A stretch of 63,053 bases of DNA, filler included, from Reticulomyxa filosa (taxonomy: Eukaryota > Protista > Foraminifera): the NCBI GenBank assembly GCA_000512085.1. It is 16 parts of 16 records of this genome, joined end to end, with 100 filler letters (N's around TTAATTAATTAA, not from the genome) between each part and the next. Parts side by side here need not be neighbours in the genome. Positions count along the whole stretch, not along the records: positions 35,910 to 43,308 come from ASPP01005962.1; positions 43,409 to 49,000 come from ASPP01015070.1; positions 49,101 to 52,090 come from ASPP01008103.1; positions 52,191 to 53,241 come from ASPP01017132.1; 12 more parts are not named here. One strand, written 5' to 3'. How positions within the stretch are numbered: the first letter of the stretch is position 1; every line of letters begins with the position of its first letter. The position numbers and the translations under genes were made by a program. Under the pieces are notes generated by a model that did no database searches, was not told where the DNA came from, and saw only the letters and a program-made list of their open reading frames with translations. Below are positions 38,621-52,232 of the stretch, piece after piece.

Positions 38621-39262
38621 TTCTTAAATGAATCAAAACACACTGCTTGAGGATATCCACAACGAACTCAAACCAAAGGATTGGGGGTTTGTCCAAGTGT
38701 TCGTCTGTTTGAAAAACGCTGCAACATCAGTAACTACTAACAGCTGCAAGTACAATTCGCTTTAAAAAATTCAAGTGATTGTCTCTGGCTAGTACCAATA
38801 AGTAAACTGACAACAATTGCAATACGTACATTTTGAAAACTTTAAAGATTACGCTAATATTGTTGTATTCTAAAAATATTTCTTTGTGTATTATCAAATA
38901 AATTCAGCGCCATTTAGGCAAAATTTTAGAAACTAACATTTTTCGACGACCTAATAAATAACTCAGACTATAGCCTGTTGACAAACTGTAAAGTAAACAT
39001 AATACTAGAATCCGCGATTAAGCCAATTTTAACAAAAAACGAAAAAAAACTTAACAAAACAACAAGAGAAATTTCAGTGAAAAAGGGTTACATCACGGAA
39101 TGTTGCTTTGGTACATGCTTGTCACGTAATAACTACAATTTTTCTATTTTTGCAAAATACTATTTGTGATAAATGTAAGTTAAAATTAACGAAAGTAATT
39201 AGAAACAAAGCAAAAACAAAAAATGTGTTTTGCAACGTTTAATAATATGCTTTAAAGCAAAC

Positions 39263-39480
39263 TGTAGGGCAAGTCAATAATATACAATCTCAAATACTAG
39301 TGGAACGGTGGGACCCGGTGGGTTAAAACCCTCTTCACAACGCACTCACTTTTGTGTCTTCTTTACTTGTTTTCCTTTATTGTTGAAATTATTTTTGTTA
39401 ATTTAATTTCCTTTTACTGAAGTTGCTTTTTGGAACTAAGTTCCTTTCGTATTACAGTTAATCGTCTCACTATTCCTACA
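39263..39480 (+). mobile_element. Dispersed element copy (TGTAGG...CCTACA terminal inverted repeat; solo LTR or MITE)
   Basis: 6-bp terminal IR flanked by AAC on both sides. Collinear with 44975-45212 (TGTAGGGCAAG, GTGGG[T/C]TAAAAC, TTAATTT[C/A]CTTTT, CTTTCGTATTACA). Confidence 0.7.
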
Positions 39481-41893
39481 AACAAAGTTTCTCAATTTTT
39501 GATCATTGGGCAAACCAAGTGAAAACAATAATCTTTTCAAATTTGCTTGATAAATTTTTTCATGTTAAAAATATTGAGTATATAGCAAATTCGAACGTAA
39601 AGAAATAAAAAAATTAAAAATTTACATTACACATAAATTTTACAAAAAATAAGGTGTTAAAAATAAATAATAATGAATATATTACATGTGTAAAAGATTG
39701 TATTGTGAAATATGTTCATGTGTTACCTTGTTTCAAACGAAACTTCAAGTTATGTGCATACAAGCAATTGGTTTTTGTCTTTATTAAAATTTTACACATT
39801 GATTTCATTTAATTAAAATAATATTTAAATCAATTTTTTTTATATGACTTTTTAAAAATCACAACATAGTGTTGCGATATTTCGTTTGAAAAAGAAAATA
39901 AAAAAATTATTATACGTAAAAAAAACTATGCGTGTTCAAAAATGGCTCAATTAGATAGCCCCAGCATAAATGCATATAAAACTGTACATTCAATCAAATC
40001 TCTTAATTCTGGCAAACTGATGTGGTAGTTAATTTGTTTGTATCATACAACAAAGAAACGTGCTTTTTGTTTAAAAATCAAGAAAAAATTAACAAACTTA
40101 CATAATGTGACAATTCCAAATGTTTCTTTCTGTTTTGGATAAGCATTATCATTACATGTTGAAAATAAAACATAAATTAGAAAATCAGTGTAAAAACAAA
40201 AAGATTTTAGAAAAATCTAAACTTCAGGAATCTTATATGATTTTACAATGCCATTACTTTTTTTTTTGAATTACACATAGTACTAATATTCAAAATGAAA
40301 CATACAAGCGCCTTTTGGATTAAAATTTGCAACATTTCCAGTTAAACTGTGCCTCGACCTCTTTCGGGTAAATCATCTTGTGGAAAGTAGCGAATTTTTA
40401 TTGCTCATGAGATGTTGTAGCTTTCTTGAACGGATATTCACAAGTGATATGTCGCATACTCTCAAGTTAGTTCTAATTTCAAGAGATGCGAGACCTGTGA
40501 TTGTTGAAGGCTCCGTTCAGTTAGTTTTTCTTGAAAGAGCAAGAAAGAGAAAAAACAACACAAAATAACGAACAAAGAAAAGTACCAGTAACAAAAAGAG
40601 TTGACAACAAAACTTGAGAGTGTAAAAGCGTCTCCAGACATAAGTTGACAGCAAGCAATAGATCCCGTACGGCTGACAATAAGTGTAGAATTTGAAGCAA
40701 CAAATGAAAGGAAAATTCGCGAACGATCAGATGTGGCATACTACGACATCATCAATTATGCTACATTTACGTCCAAAGAGATATGAGATTTGTTGAACAA
40801 ATACCTTGAAGGGCTACTTTTGCATGCAAGTCAAAACGAGCTGCTAATGGAATGGGTACATATTTCTTGAAGAATGAAAGTGGGTATGCTATTCAAAAAA
40901 ATTATTTGTAATTGCTTTTTTTTTTTTTCCATTCTCTCTTTCTTATTTCTTTTCATTTGTGACAAAAAAAAGAAAGGCTCAAGCATGCCTTAAGCCAGAA
41001 GTACAAAGAGGCAGGATGCATAAATAATTACTGTGTCGGGAAAAAAAACATGTTAGTTTGGCAACTTTATGTATGCATCTATCGCTGAAATTTGTGCTTT
41101 GTTCCAGCCAAAGTGGCAAGTCATTCGTGCATTGGCTCAAAGATATGGCCATCAATGTCGGCGTTTGTTGTAGAATTGTATTTATATCATTGCTTGGATT
41201 TCCATTGTGTCCATTTGCCAAAATACAACAATTTTCAAATTTCTTGACACATAAAAACTTAAAAAATTTATATTTTGGTAATCTTTTTGCGTATCAAGAT
41301 TACAAAAAAATCTAAACTTTTAGTTGCAAGTTAGAAACATTTTGCGTTTAGAACCATCATACAACGCATATAAAGGTTGTCAAGTGTCATCCTTCATAAT
41401 TTTTTTTCTTTCTTGTCTAATACTTCAGATTATCCCACATCTGAATTTGCAAAATTTTCTCTCTTCTATTTTCGCTATAAACAAGCTGTGAAATTGGCAA
41501 GTTCTTGGCTCCAAAAAACCTAATTCGCTTTAAGGCAATGAAAAACCTCCACCACACCAATAAATAAAATAAATTAAATCAATCTATTTCCTAAGAGACT
41601 CCTTGGCGCTTAACAGCTCAAAAAAAAAAAAAAAGAAGCAATAAACAAGAGAAAAATACAAAAGAGCAGCTGTATACTGGTCAACAAGAGAAACTGAACT
41701 TTTTTTTGCACAATTTGTGGTGTGGGACTTTGTGGAGATGTGTGTCGTTTTGTTTAATTATTTTTTTTCTTATTGATTTGCTTTTGGTTATTTTTTTTTC
41801 CCCAACTTACAATCGTACAACAATTTTAATTTTAGTTATTTACTTGTTTTTTTTTTTGAGTGAGCTTTGAAGAGAAAAAAAAATAAATAAGCG

Positions 41894-42133
41894 ATGGACT
41901 TTTACCGATACCCCAGTGGCGTTGTAAACCCGAACAATTTAAGTGACCTTTCAGTATTACTGTCGCAGAGCCCTAACAGTAATAGGAACATGTTATTTTC
42001 GCACCATCGAAATGACGTACCCTTGCCATCGACAGCACTGATAAACATCCACAATTCGACCATGAATGTGCAGGTGGACAATAATGCTGTTCCATTTGGC
42101 ATGAGCAATAATCCAAACAATGATAGTAAAAGC

Positions 42134-42168
<35 letters not shown>

Positions 42169-42429
42169 TAACAATAATAATGGTCACACATCACATCAAA
42201 ATGCACGTGGACATAGCACCTCCTAACAATGCGGTTGTGTTATTGTATCCAATGTCATACAGCGGTGTTGGAATGCCTCACGTCGAGTACGGGTACCCGC
42301 GTTGCGTTTTGCCAACACAGCAAAACCCAGCCCCTGTTGCATCGCCATGGGTCATTCTGTCGAATCTGTCGTCCTTGGTCGGTAGTACTAGTACGCATAC
42401 TAGTTACTACAACAGCAATAATAACAATA

Positions 42430-42472
<43 letters not shown>

Positions 42473-43250
42473 TAATAATGTGAATACGAATACCACCCCT
42501 TACTACATTCACACCAGTGGTAACAATTGTAGTGTCCCCCTTCAAGCAACAACTGGTCCGTATGTTGTCGAGAAAATGGTACCGACCACTTACAATTGTA
42601 GTGACGACAAGAATTTCATGCCCAGCCTATCCACCGCTACACTCGCGTCGGAGAACAACAACAGCAACAATAACAATAATCCAAGTGGTCCGGCTGCCTG
42701 TCTGTTGTCGTGCCTTTTCCCTCCAACCACATTGCTGCACTCTCCTTTGGCACAGTCTTTGAGTGATGATCTCGCCTACTATCGGAGTCACCACCTTCAT
42801 CTTCCAACGACGACAACAACGACAGCCACAACCACTGCAGTTGCAGCAGCAGCAATAGCGACGAGTAATAATGACGGTGGTGGCAATAGTGGTAATAATG
42901 GTAATAGTAATAGTAATAGTAGTAGTAGTAGTAATAGCAGCAGTAGTGACAATGGTGTTGTGCTAAGAGGTAAGACTCGACCAAGTGCAAGTGAAACTTG
43001 TAATTTGGAAGAGAGTTTGCAATCCACTTGTTTTGACACTTGTAAACAAAGAAAATCACATCCTGTTCATCACAGCAATGCTGTTGCTGCTGCTCCTTCT
43101 TCTGCTTCTCTACACGTCATCACTGCGAACACTCCCAACACTGATGAGATTTTGCAGGCGAAACCGCTTCCCTTCATTCCCAATGTCGATTCAAATCCGA
43201 TCCTGAAACGGGATACAAAAAAAGGCGCTCGCTCGGCTCCAGTCGTTTAC
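41894..43250 (+). CDS. Asn/Ser/Thr-rich low-complexity protein, 5' part
   Basis: ATG 41894 with poly-N and poly-S tracts. A frame change near 42200 is unresolved. Confidence 0.55.
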
Positions 43251-44974
43251 GGTATGCGTGTGCGTGTGCGTGTGCGTGTGCGTGTGTCTTTGATATGCAT
43301 CGTCATTTNNNNNNNNNNNNNNNNNNNNNNNNNNNNNNNNNNNNNNNNNNNNTTAATTAATTAANNNNNNNNNNNNNNNNNNNNNNNNNNNNNNNNNNNN
43401 NNNNNNNNTTTTTTCTTCCAGGTGGTTTATTCGTTCATTGTTTTTTAACTTTGGTACATATAATTCTTATTGTTTATGCGTCCGACCATGACAAATAATA
43501 TTTAAAATTAAATATTTATATGAAACGTTTATTTTTTTATCATGTTGAGTAAATAATAATACAAACAACAAAATCAAACGATACAATTGTAATCTCATTC
43601 AAACTATATTCACGCAGTTTTTCTTATGTTTCGACAGTTGAAACAAAAAGAGTTAATAGTGCAAAGTTGCAATACAATGCGTAAGTTTATGATAACATAA
43701 ACGATGTTCCAAAAAACTTTAGTCTTAAACTGCTTCTTTACGTCGTTTTTCATTTTGTTTTGATTTTTGTTTTTTATTTTTTCGTTTTTTTTGAAATTTA
43801 CCAACAAAATGGGATCATCAGAACAATTGAGCTTACAGATTCATGGCCACGTGGTATCAACAAATTCACGAAGCCATAGGAAAGAAAATCGTTGAAACTT
43901 AACCAATACGTTTTGTTGTTCTCTCTTTCGAAAAAACAAAACATTATTTTTGCTAACCTGCAATGTGAGACTTGTTTTATCTTATTTGGTAAGATATTTG
44001 AAGGCGGTAAAAGTATTTGAGTGAAAGAAGGGCATCCATTTTTTCTTGAACTGTAGTTCGTTTTTTTCCAAGGTATTATCAGTATAAAACTTTGTTGGCT
44101 GGCCATCTTTCTTTGCACAACTGTTGAGAGACGAGAGCCCAGCTGTTATTATGGTATCCTTTACTTTTGATAAATTTTCTGAGCTGAAGGCACTCACGCT
44201 GCAAAAAAAAAGTTGCCGCCATGATGTATATTTTTTTTTTTGTGCGCATGTATATCACACACGTAATGCCTTGTAGAATGTGGAATTTATACGTTTGTGC
44301 TTGTAGCATTATGTTTGTTGCACGAAATGCTTTGTCACATTTTAATTCATTCATATGTACATTTGCAAAGGCTGCGAAAACAAACGAACCTTTTTTCTTA
44401 CAGTGGTGAAAAACGACTTTTGTTCGAAAAGTGTGGATAAAATAACAGAGATTACAATTATGCAAGTTCACTTGCTGCTCAATATTCATCAAAAATTGGA
44501 ACTTCTTTTTCAGATCTTTTCATACTTCATGTATATCCCTTTGTGCTTTTGACAGCGTTCTGCACTGCAAACTCTAAATTGCAACTATCATTTAGACGTT
44601 TGTACTTTTTTTTCGAGGCACAAATTTCAGACTCCAAATGCATTCTCTTCAATTGTATTACAAATTCGACAAGATACACAGATTATCAGAAATTTCAATA
44701 CTTTTTATGACAGAAATTTTTTTAAGACTGCTGTTTACTCGAGTTGTTTCGGAGTTTGAACTTTTTACTTTCTTCGTTGTTGCTTAGTTGTCTTTGTTTG
44801 TTTTATTTAATTTGTTGCCTTTTTTTGCATTTTAACTTTAATTGAAATGATCTCACGCTCTTTTTATTTTCTCAAAATAATTTTGATTGATCTAATTTAA
44901 AAATATTATTCGTTAAAAGTGCCAGAACGAATTCAACGCTTGTTAATGTAATTTTAGTGTATGTTTATAAATGT

Positions 44975-45212
44975 TGTAGGGCAAGGCCCTATAAATATCT
45001 GAACGTTGAAGGAACCTGGGAGTCCCCAGTGGGCTAAAACTCCTCAACCAACTTCACTTACTCTTTTGCTTTGTTTTCTTCTTTGGTTGCGTTATTCATC
45101 TTTCTTTTATTTAATTTACTTTTGTTTTATCGAACATTGGTTTCTTGAGCAAAACCACTTTCGTATTACATTTAGTACAACATCTTCCAGCTGACGTCCC
45201 ACATTCCCTAGA
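44975..45212 (+). mobile_element. Second full copy of the TGTAGGG element
   Basis: Starts TGTAGGGCAAG, has CTTTCGTATTACA ending at 45170, and ends CCCTAGA (one change from CCCTACA). Confidence 0.65.
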
Positions 45213-45599
45213 AGTATTTAAAAAAAATTTTTTAAATTTGATAGTTTTGCCACATTATTGAAGCAATAAAATTTTTGAAAAATTATTCATAAATTAAACA
45301 AATAATCTTCTGTGTTTTGGACATAAAAAGCAGCAGCTGTTAATTTATATCAAAAAATCTGCTTGAAAAAAGTCCATTTCACGTAAAATAAAACTAAAAT
45401 CCGCATCTTGTATGTCAATGAATCATTTTTGATCGGCGAATAAAATGTCTCGATTATTCACGTGATCACCTGAACACGACGCCTATTTTATCTCGGTTAT
45501 TTTTCAAATTTTTTGACAATATTCATTTTTTGGACAACTACTCTAGAACTTGTATTAACATGTTTTTTCATAGATGAAACTGGTAGTGGTTCCAAAGGT

Positions 45600-47160
45600 T
45601 CGTTGATAGGATTTTTTTGTTGTTGTAATTTATGTAATTAAATGTCACACGAGTCAACAACATATTTAAGTTTTGTGTCTTCTTTATTGTTCATTGCTCG
45701 TCATAAATACAAAACTTTTTGGATTAGGTATGTCCAATTTTCTGAACGAATGCTGGACCGAGATATCACGATCAAAAGACAGGTCCATGTCTTATGGTTC
45801 ATACGCAAGATAGTTATCAGAGCCAACAAAACGATAAGTAATGCTCGTATTGATTTAGATTTATTTGGTATATCGTTTGAAGAGGACGATATGCTGACAT
45901 AAATTCAAAGCAAATACGCAAATGCCGGTGAAGATATCAAGATCCCGGTAAACGAAGTATGTGAATTAAAAACGTATTTGAAAGTTTTGGGAGCTCACAA
46001 ATAAAGCTTCGGATGCAAAAGAAAAAAACGAGCCAATGATGTGTTGTGTTTCAAAGTTATTTCAAGAATAAGCAGTATATATGTAGCAAGCTTTATTGGG
46101 GAATTAATGCTTTGTAAAGTAAATGACAGTAATATCTACAGTACTGTCAGAACTGATCTGATCTTAGCAGCGGTGCAAAGGATTCAAGATCAAACAAAGA
46201 TATAGACTTGGATTTTATGATTGCAAGTTATAAGATTGACGATCAATTGTCTCAATTGAATGGATTGACAAGAGATTTAAAAAACGAATTTGAGCAAGCG
46301 GTACAAATGTGGCAGGAGCAAAAGCGACAATAGTATACTGTCGTAGGTCCACCTCCATTAAAGAAGGCAAAGATAATAAATCAAAATGAACAACAAGAAG
46401 AAAAAAAAGAATATTCATATTAAATGAAGACTGTTGAAAAAGGCAAAGAACGAATATCAGACGAAAAAAAAAGAATTTAGAATCAAATTAACTGGTATTT
46501 CATACATGTATAAAGCAGATAAGTACATCCGACATCACAAGAAGATGCTGCCTTGGAACAAGTACACGACAGATAAACTGAATCTATTTTGCATTAGCAA
46601 AAATACCATATTGAACAGAGAAAATCTCAATGAACTTATCGAGGAACTTCAAGTCAAAGAATACAGAAACAAGATTGTATGTCGATCATCTATCAATGTT
46701 GTCGATGTGATTGCTGACACAGCAAGCTATTTAGTTTGAACGTGAGCACGTGTGGAGGTTATACTTGCTTATCCACGTTACGCTTGTGTGGAAATTGACG
46801 TCATACCAAAACAAGAAGAAATTCCTTCGAAATTTAAAATTAAATTGTTCAAATACTTTCAACAATGAAAAAGATAGTTATTACAAAAATTTGGTATGAA
46901 GAAGAATAAAAAAAAGAAATTAAACGTGAATATCTGAAAAAGAAATCATGCACAATAATATGTAATAATTGCCATTTGTTAAAATTTTCAAATGACAGAA
47001 TATCAATTTTAACTTCAGATTGTGGACCAACTTTGCAAGAATTGTTAAATAAAAAAAAAATTGATGAAAAACAAATTGAAGAAAAAATATGTTTGTTACA
47101 ATCGATCTTAGAATAGTTTAATTTAATCATGGAGATTTAGCTGAAAGAAATAGAAAAAAG
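45600..47160 (+). pseudogene. Heavily decayed coding-like sequence
   Basis: Short K/E-rich frames interrupted by stops. Family not recognised. Confidence 0.3.
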
Positions 47161-48389
47161 ATCTTTTTTCCACACTAAAAAAAATTATCAGTATTATTAA
47201 ATGAGTGAGTCCATACATCAAAGAAAAATTTTACAGTCAATATTTGGATGTGTGGAAAAATTTTTGTTTGTTTTAATTTTTGATTCCAATGGTCACCTTT
47301 TTTTTTCGAACATTTTGCATAAAAAAAAATTTGACTAACCAAAAAATGCAATGACATAAAACTGCAAAAATTAGAAGGCAAGAATGTAATTTGCACAGAA
47401 AAAAATCGCAAATTGTTTTAGAATATTTTCATTAACTTAGCAAAACTAACTTTGATGTCATGAAAAAACATTTTTTTGAAATTTAATTGTTGTGTTTGTT
47501 ATAACTGTTTCTTTTGTTTTGTCTTAAAAAATTGATTCCGATTGGTGTATCACAAAGTGAATACAAGTAATGAATACAAATGATTCTTTCGATTGAATGG
47601 AAAGAATTTTGTTTCATACTCTAGATTTGAAAAGTTATTTTTATTATTTATTTCCGTTTTATTTGTTTCCAATTTTTTTTTAAATTACAAATTGAGCAAT
47701 AACTTTGGTTTTCTTGCTTTCACCTTCCACAGTAATTGATAATGCAGCGCAATTTACAATGAATCAAATATGGCTAGCTTGTATTTGAATAAACGATATA
47801 TATTCTCATTGTCAATAAGATGATTGACTCGTTCAGATTTGCTTTTGCAGGCTGGGAACCCAAATCTGTAAATTTGCGCTTTGAATTGGATTAGTTCATG
47901 CCCAAATGAGTTGAAAAAACTAAAGTTACACAAGTTATCTTGATTATTGACACATACAGTGGGTTACAGATAAACTAAATCATAAAATACCATCTTATTA
48001 AGATCATCAATTTCAAAAAATAAAATTAATTTTTAGTTTTATTTTGCTGAGCTCTTTCAACTTTTTTTAGCTCTTTTTTGGCGCAATATTTTTGTTATTT
48101 AAAAGCTTTGTCATTGTTTTGTAAATATTGTATTTCCCTTAAAATTTGTGTATAGTTTCGTTTTCTTTTTAATTACGTAACAGTGTTTGAGTGTGTAACC
48201 AACGAACAATAGAGATCATCCGTTAAATGAGTGAATTCAACAGAAAACACTATTGAACAGGAGTCCACAAAAAAAAAACAACAACACAAAACAATGAATT
48301 TATATTGTTCAGGACCCACCACCATACACATTCAACTAGCTTAAAAACAAACAAAAACTCAAACAAAACAAAAGCAAAAACAAAAAAAA

Positions 48390-49000
48390 TCAGAGAATCT
48401 CCCATTCGGAATCCTCGAAAGTGGGATGAAGCTGAGAATGTGGCGAGGGGTCTTCAGGATAAGAAAGGGTATTATGAGCAAGAGTAGGAAAAAGATCGGG
48501 TAAAGTGGGCATTTGTTCGCCAACTTGAAAAATGGGGAAAGAGTGCAAAGTAGAGAAAAGAAGGCATTGATTCCAAAACAAGTCAAAATCGAGTTGGTCT
48601 CGAATGAAAAAGCCTAAGGCCATGCAAGGATCGAGTTGACTAATATGGAGTGACTGAATAGTTTTGCAAGTGAAGGGGATATCCGAAGTGCCCGAAAAAG
48701 AAGAAGAGGAGGAGGAAAGGGAGGAAGGATACTCAAAAACGTAATGTGGGTCTAAATAAAATAAATGGTCACGTTGATAGCCAACAAAATATAAAGAGCG
48801 TTGTGGTTTGCCTCCAATAATCCCAATGGAATGTTTCATTTCCAAACAATGCAAAATGCCGGACATATACTCAAGATTCAATTTTTCCAAGCCAAGACGC
48901 AATGGAATGAAAAGCAATAGCGATTTTTTCCACACTCTTTTTTTGTCCTTGTCTTCATTGGCATGTTGTTTGCTTTCTTCCTTCTTATCATCATCATCAT
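48390..49000 (-). CDS. ATG4: Autophagy cysteine protease ATG4 (peptidase C54), C-terminal part
   Basis: LLLFIPLRLGLEKLN, SIGIIGGKP..SLYFVGYQ..LFYLDPH (catalytic D/H), LDPCMALGF, and a C-terminal LIR-like DSEWEIL*. Confidence 0.95.
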
Positions 49001-49111
49001 NNNNNNNNNNNNNNNNNNNNNNNNNNNNNNNNNNNNNNNNNNNNTTAATTAATTAANNNNNNNNNNNNNNNNNNNNNNNNNNNNNNNNNNNNNNNNNNNN
49101 TATATATATAT

Positions 49112-49156
<45 letters not shown>

Positions 49157-49179
49157 GTATATATAACAAACAATACAAT

Positions 49180-50310
49180 ACCTCGTTTGCAATAGCGGAT
49201 GCGTTGCATTCGTCAACAAAGCCAAACCCACGCGGAAAAGAACCTTGTATCCCTCCACTGTGAACGTATCGATTAATCGCAATAACGTCTCCTCATTCAG
49301 GTAATTGGCGTACATTGTTACAAACCCATCTGCCAACACTTTTTCGATGGCAATGTTCTTGGCATTTACGTGCTCGGTTACTCTTTCCAAATACAACACC
49401 ATACAGATATGTACATATTCACAAATATATGTATATATACAATTTATGTAAAATGCACAAATTGTGTTGTATGCTGTTTTACTTTTTTTTTTTTTTTCAA
49501 TTGCGTTTTGTGGTCGACATAACATACAATCTGACATTATCTGCAAAAACATCAACGAATGTTCGCAATCGGACTCGAAAATTAAAAAAATCCGTGCGAA
49601 AATACCAATCATTGATTTTGGAAACACTGACCATCGCGTTCACAATTGCAAAGGCTGCTTTCTCTTCGACGTGTTGCACCATCACTTCCTTTTCAATGCC
49701 ACACGCACACATACATAGACGCACTGTGAATATTCTTTCGTTTTTCCAAAAAAAAAAAAAAAGGCCATCGATCGAAATTATAGACGCTCAACTACAATAA
49801 ATGGAAGTTGAGGACAATAATGCAATGAATCGTGCTCCACTGCCAACACAACCAATATTTTGCGTGCACAATACTTGCTCTCTGGTGACAATGTTTTGAA
49901 ACGGCATTTACTTCCAAACATTGGAAATTGTGGAAACTCTTGCATTTCTATTCCTTCAAACAATGTTTTTGTCAACTCTTTGTACCGATTCATATCTTTT
50001 TCACTTGCGTTGGTTCCTTTAATCCAAATCAACCGGCGGTCACTGTTTTCGCAACCTTCGCGTGTTAGTTTTCGCAAAAACTGATACGCGTTTTGCTTTC
50101 TGATGTCTCGGTCGTGTTTTAACCAAATTGATTTGCTATCGATATCATTCAAATTTAGAGTGTCGGAATCTGAGCTGGACCAACAACAAAAGCGGCAAGT
50201 GCTTCTATTCGTCATTCCTTTTTTTTTTTTCCAAGTCTAAGAAAAACTGTCTTACAAACGTGTTAGCAACTTTCGGGTTTTGTTGTATAACCCTGGATAG
50301 CCACCGCAAT
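49180..50310 (-). CDS. TBC (Rab-GAP) domain protein, TBC1D24-like, 5' part
   Basis: LRKLTREG...DRRLIW, HYCPQLPFIV, EEKAAFAIV, LLRLIDTFTVEGYKVLFRVGLALL. Confidence 0.82.
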
Positions 50311-50688
50311 TTGAAAAAGTCTACAAAAATAAAACTGATATTAGTCATTATATGAGGGGATTATACTTTGCAAATTAAAATAAGGTCGAATTAAAATTTG
50401 GTTCTTTTTTTTTGCTTTTGTCACTCCTTGGTCGGGACAAAAAAACGAAAATCTAATTTTTAATGAGATGGCCATAACTGTTAACAGATAAAAACCGGCA
50501 CAAACTCATGACGACGAGGTTTTTTGGTGCGGGTTCAACAAACCTTTGCAAGAATTTTCCTTTTTCCCTCCCTTTTTATTCTACACCAAAAACACCCACG
50601 GTAAACAACCAAAGCAAATGCGAATCAAAAAACAAAAACGAAAACGAATAATTGCATTCTGACTTTTTTCAAAAATTTGATCAAAAAT

Positions 50689-51176
50689 TTAATCTTTTCT
50701 ACTATCCAAAAAAGCAATCAGGTCTCTTCTCTCCTCCTTGGTCTTAAGTCCAGCAAACACCATTTTGGTGCCAGGAATCATCTTCTTAGGATTAGTCAAG
50801 TATGTATTCAACGTCTTTTTATCCCATGTGAAACCTATAATTTTTTTTTGTGGAAAAAAATTGCTAACATTTTCTGGCCCATGTACGTATACATGAAAGC
50901 TCAAAAATTTAGAACAAATAAGACCTGAGTTTTTGTTGGCGGCAGTGTATTGAAAGTTTGCAACAGACCCTGCTTTTCGGTTTACAATTCCCCACAAGTT
51001 TGGTCCTTGGCCGTTGCCACCTCCCTATTAGGTACAAAGACAAACATATTTTGATGGGCGAGTAAACATTTATGAAGACAAGTCTTACAACTCACTTTTT
51101 CAGCGTTGTGACAAGTGGCACATTTGGTTTGGAAAATTTTTGCACCTTTTGCAATATCTCCTTTTTCTTCGGCCAT
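50689..51176 (-). CDS. CYC1: Cytochrome c (two introns: 51025-51095 and 50835-50924)
   Basis: [50 protein letters not shown]. Confidence 0.98.
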
Positions 51177-51455
51177 GATATTATTTCTTTGATTGGAAGG
51201 TGTTGATCAATAAAATTAAAAAGTCAAAATTTCAAAAAAGGGTTATTGCAACAAAACAACAAAAATTTTCCTTTTTTGTCCAGTCTTTGGATTTGATTCC
51301 CAGTTAACGAAATAAGAAGGTATGATGTTTTTTTTTTTTTTTTTTAAGTGGTATCATTGTTGGAGGAATATCAATGCAGAAAAAAATGAGAAAATGTGTT
51401 GATTAAAAAAACAGTCCTGTATACATTGAACTATTCGCTACATTCGGGCCATGTG

Positions 51456-52090
51456 TCAGTCCACGCCTTGAGACAAGTTTTTTTTTTTGGTAAAGAAATT
51501 TTTGAAGCGGTTACTCTTTCGACAGCGTTTGAAGACACCCTTTGGAAAGTGTAGCGTAACACCATCGTTCTCAAAAATATGATGGAGTGGATTGAGCATT
51601 TCACCACAGCAATAGCAAAAGTGTGTAGTTTTGGTGGCTTGATCGTTTGGATGACTGCAATTGATATGAGTCATATGATTGCATCCAGTGGTTTTCTCGA
51701 CTATCGCCCTGCATCCAGGACAACGACTCCAACTCTGTTTTTTTTTAAAAATCATCCTCCGTTGCTGAACGTTTGTCTGAAGGTAGCGACAGAGTGAAGA
51801 TAAGAGATAGAAAAGAACAACAGCAACAACAAAGCAAACTTGTTTAGAAATGAATTTCTGTGTCAATTTGATTTGATTTTGGCGTGTTTGCTGTGAGTCG
51901 AGTGGATTCTTTAAATGGAACTCGGGACAAACATCTTCATTGTCTTCAGCATAGTTATGAACCTTGCTATGGCAATTGCTGCAAAATTGGAAATTGCAAT
52001 GTGGACAGCGACTGCGATGGTAGCGAATGAAGCACGCCGAGCAGCTGCGAACATAAATGTCGGCAAGTAAGTCTTGAACACAAGAGAGAT
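51456..52090 (-). CDS. RBR-type E3 ubiquitin ligase, C-terminal IBR and Rcat part
   Basis: RCPHCNFQFCSNCHSKVH, then RCPGCRAIVEKTTGCNHMT..HFCYCCG. Confidence 0.85.
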
Positions 52091-52190
52091 NNNNNNNNNN
52101 NNNNNNNNNNNNNNNNNNNNNNNNNNNNNNNNNNTTAATTAATTAANNNNNNNNNNNNNNNNNNNNNNNNNNNNNNNNNNNNNNNNNNNN

Positions 52191-52224
<34 letters not shown>

Positions 52225-52232
<8 letters not shown>

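Noticed and set aside
50835-50924. Apparent 30-aa insertion in cytochrome c
   Set aside because: It is a stop-free 90-nt GT-AG intron. Removing it restores NKNSG|FTWD.
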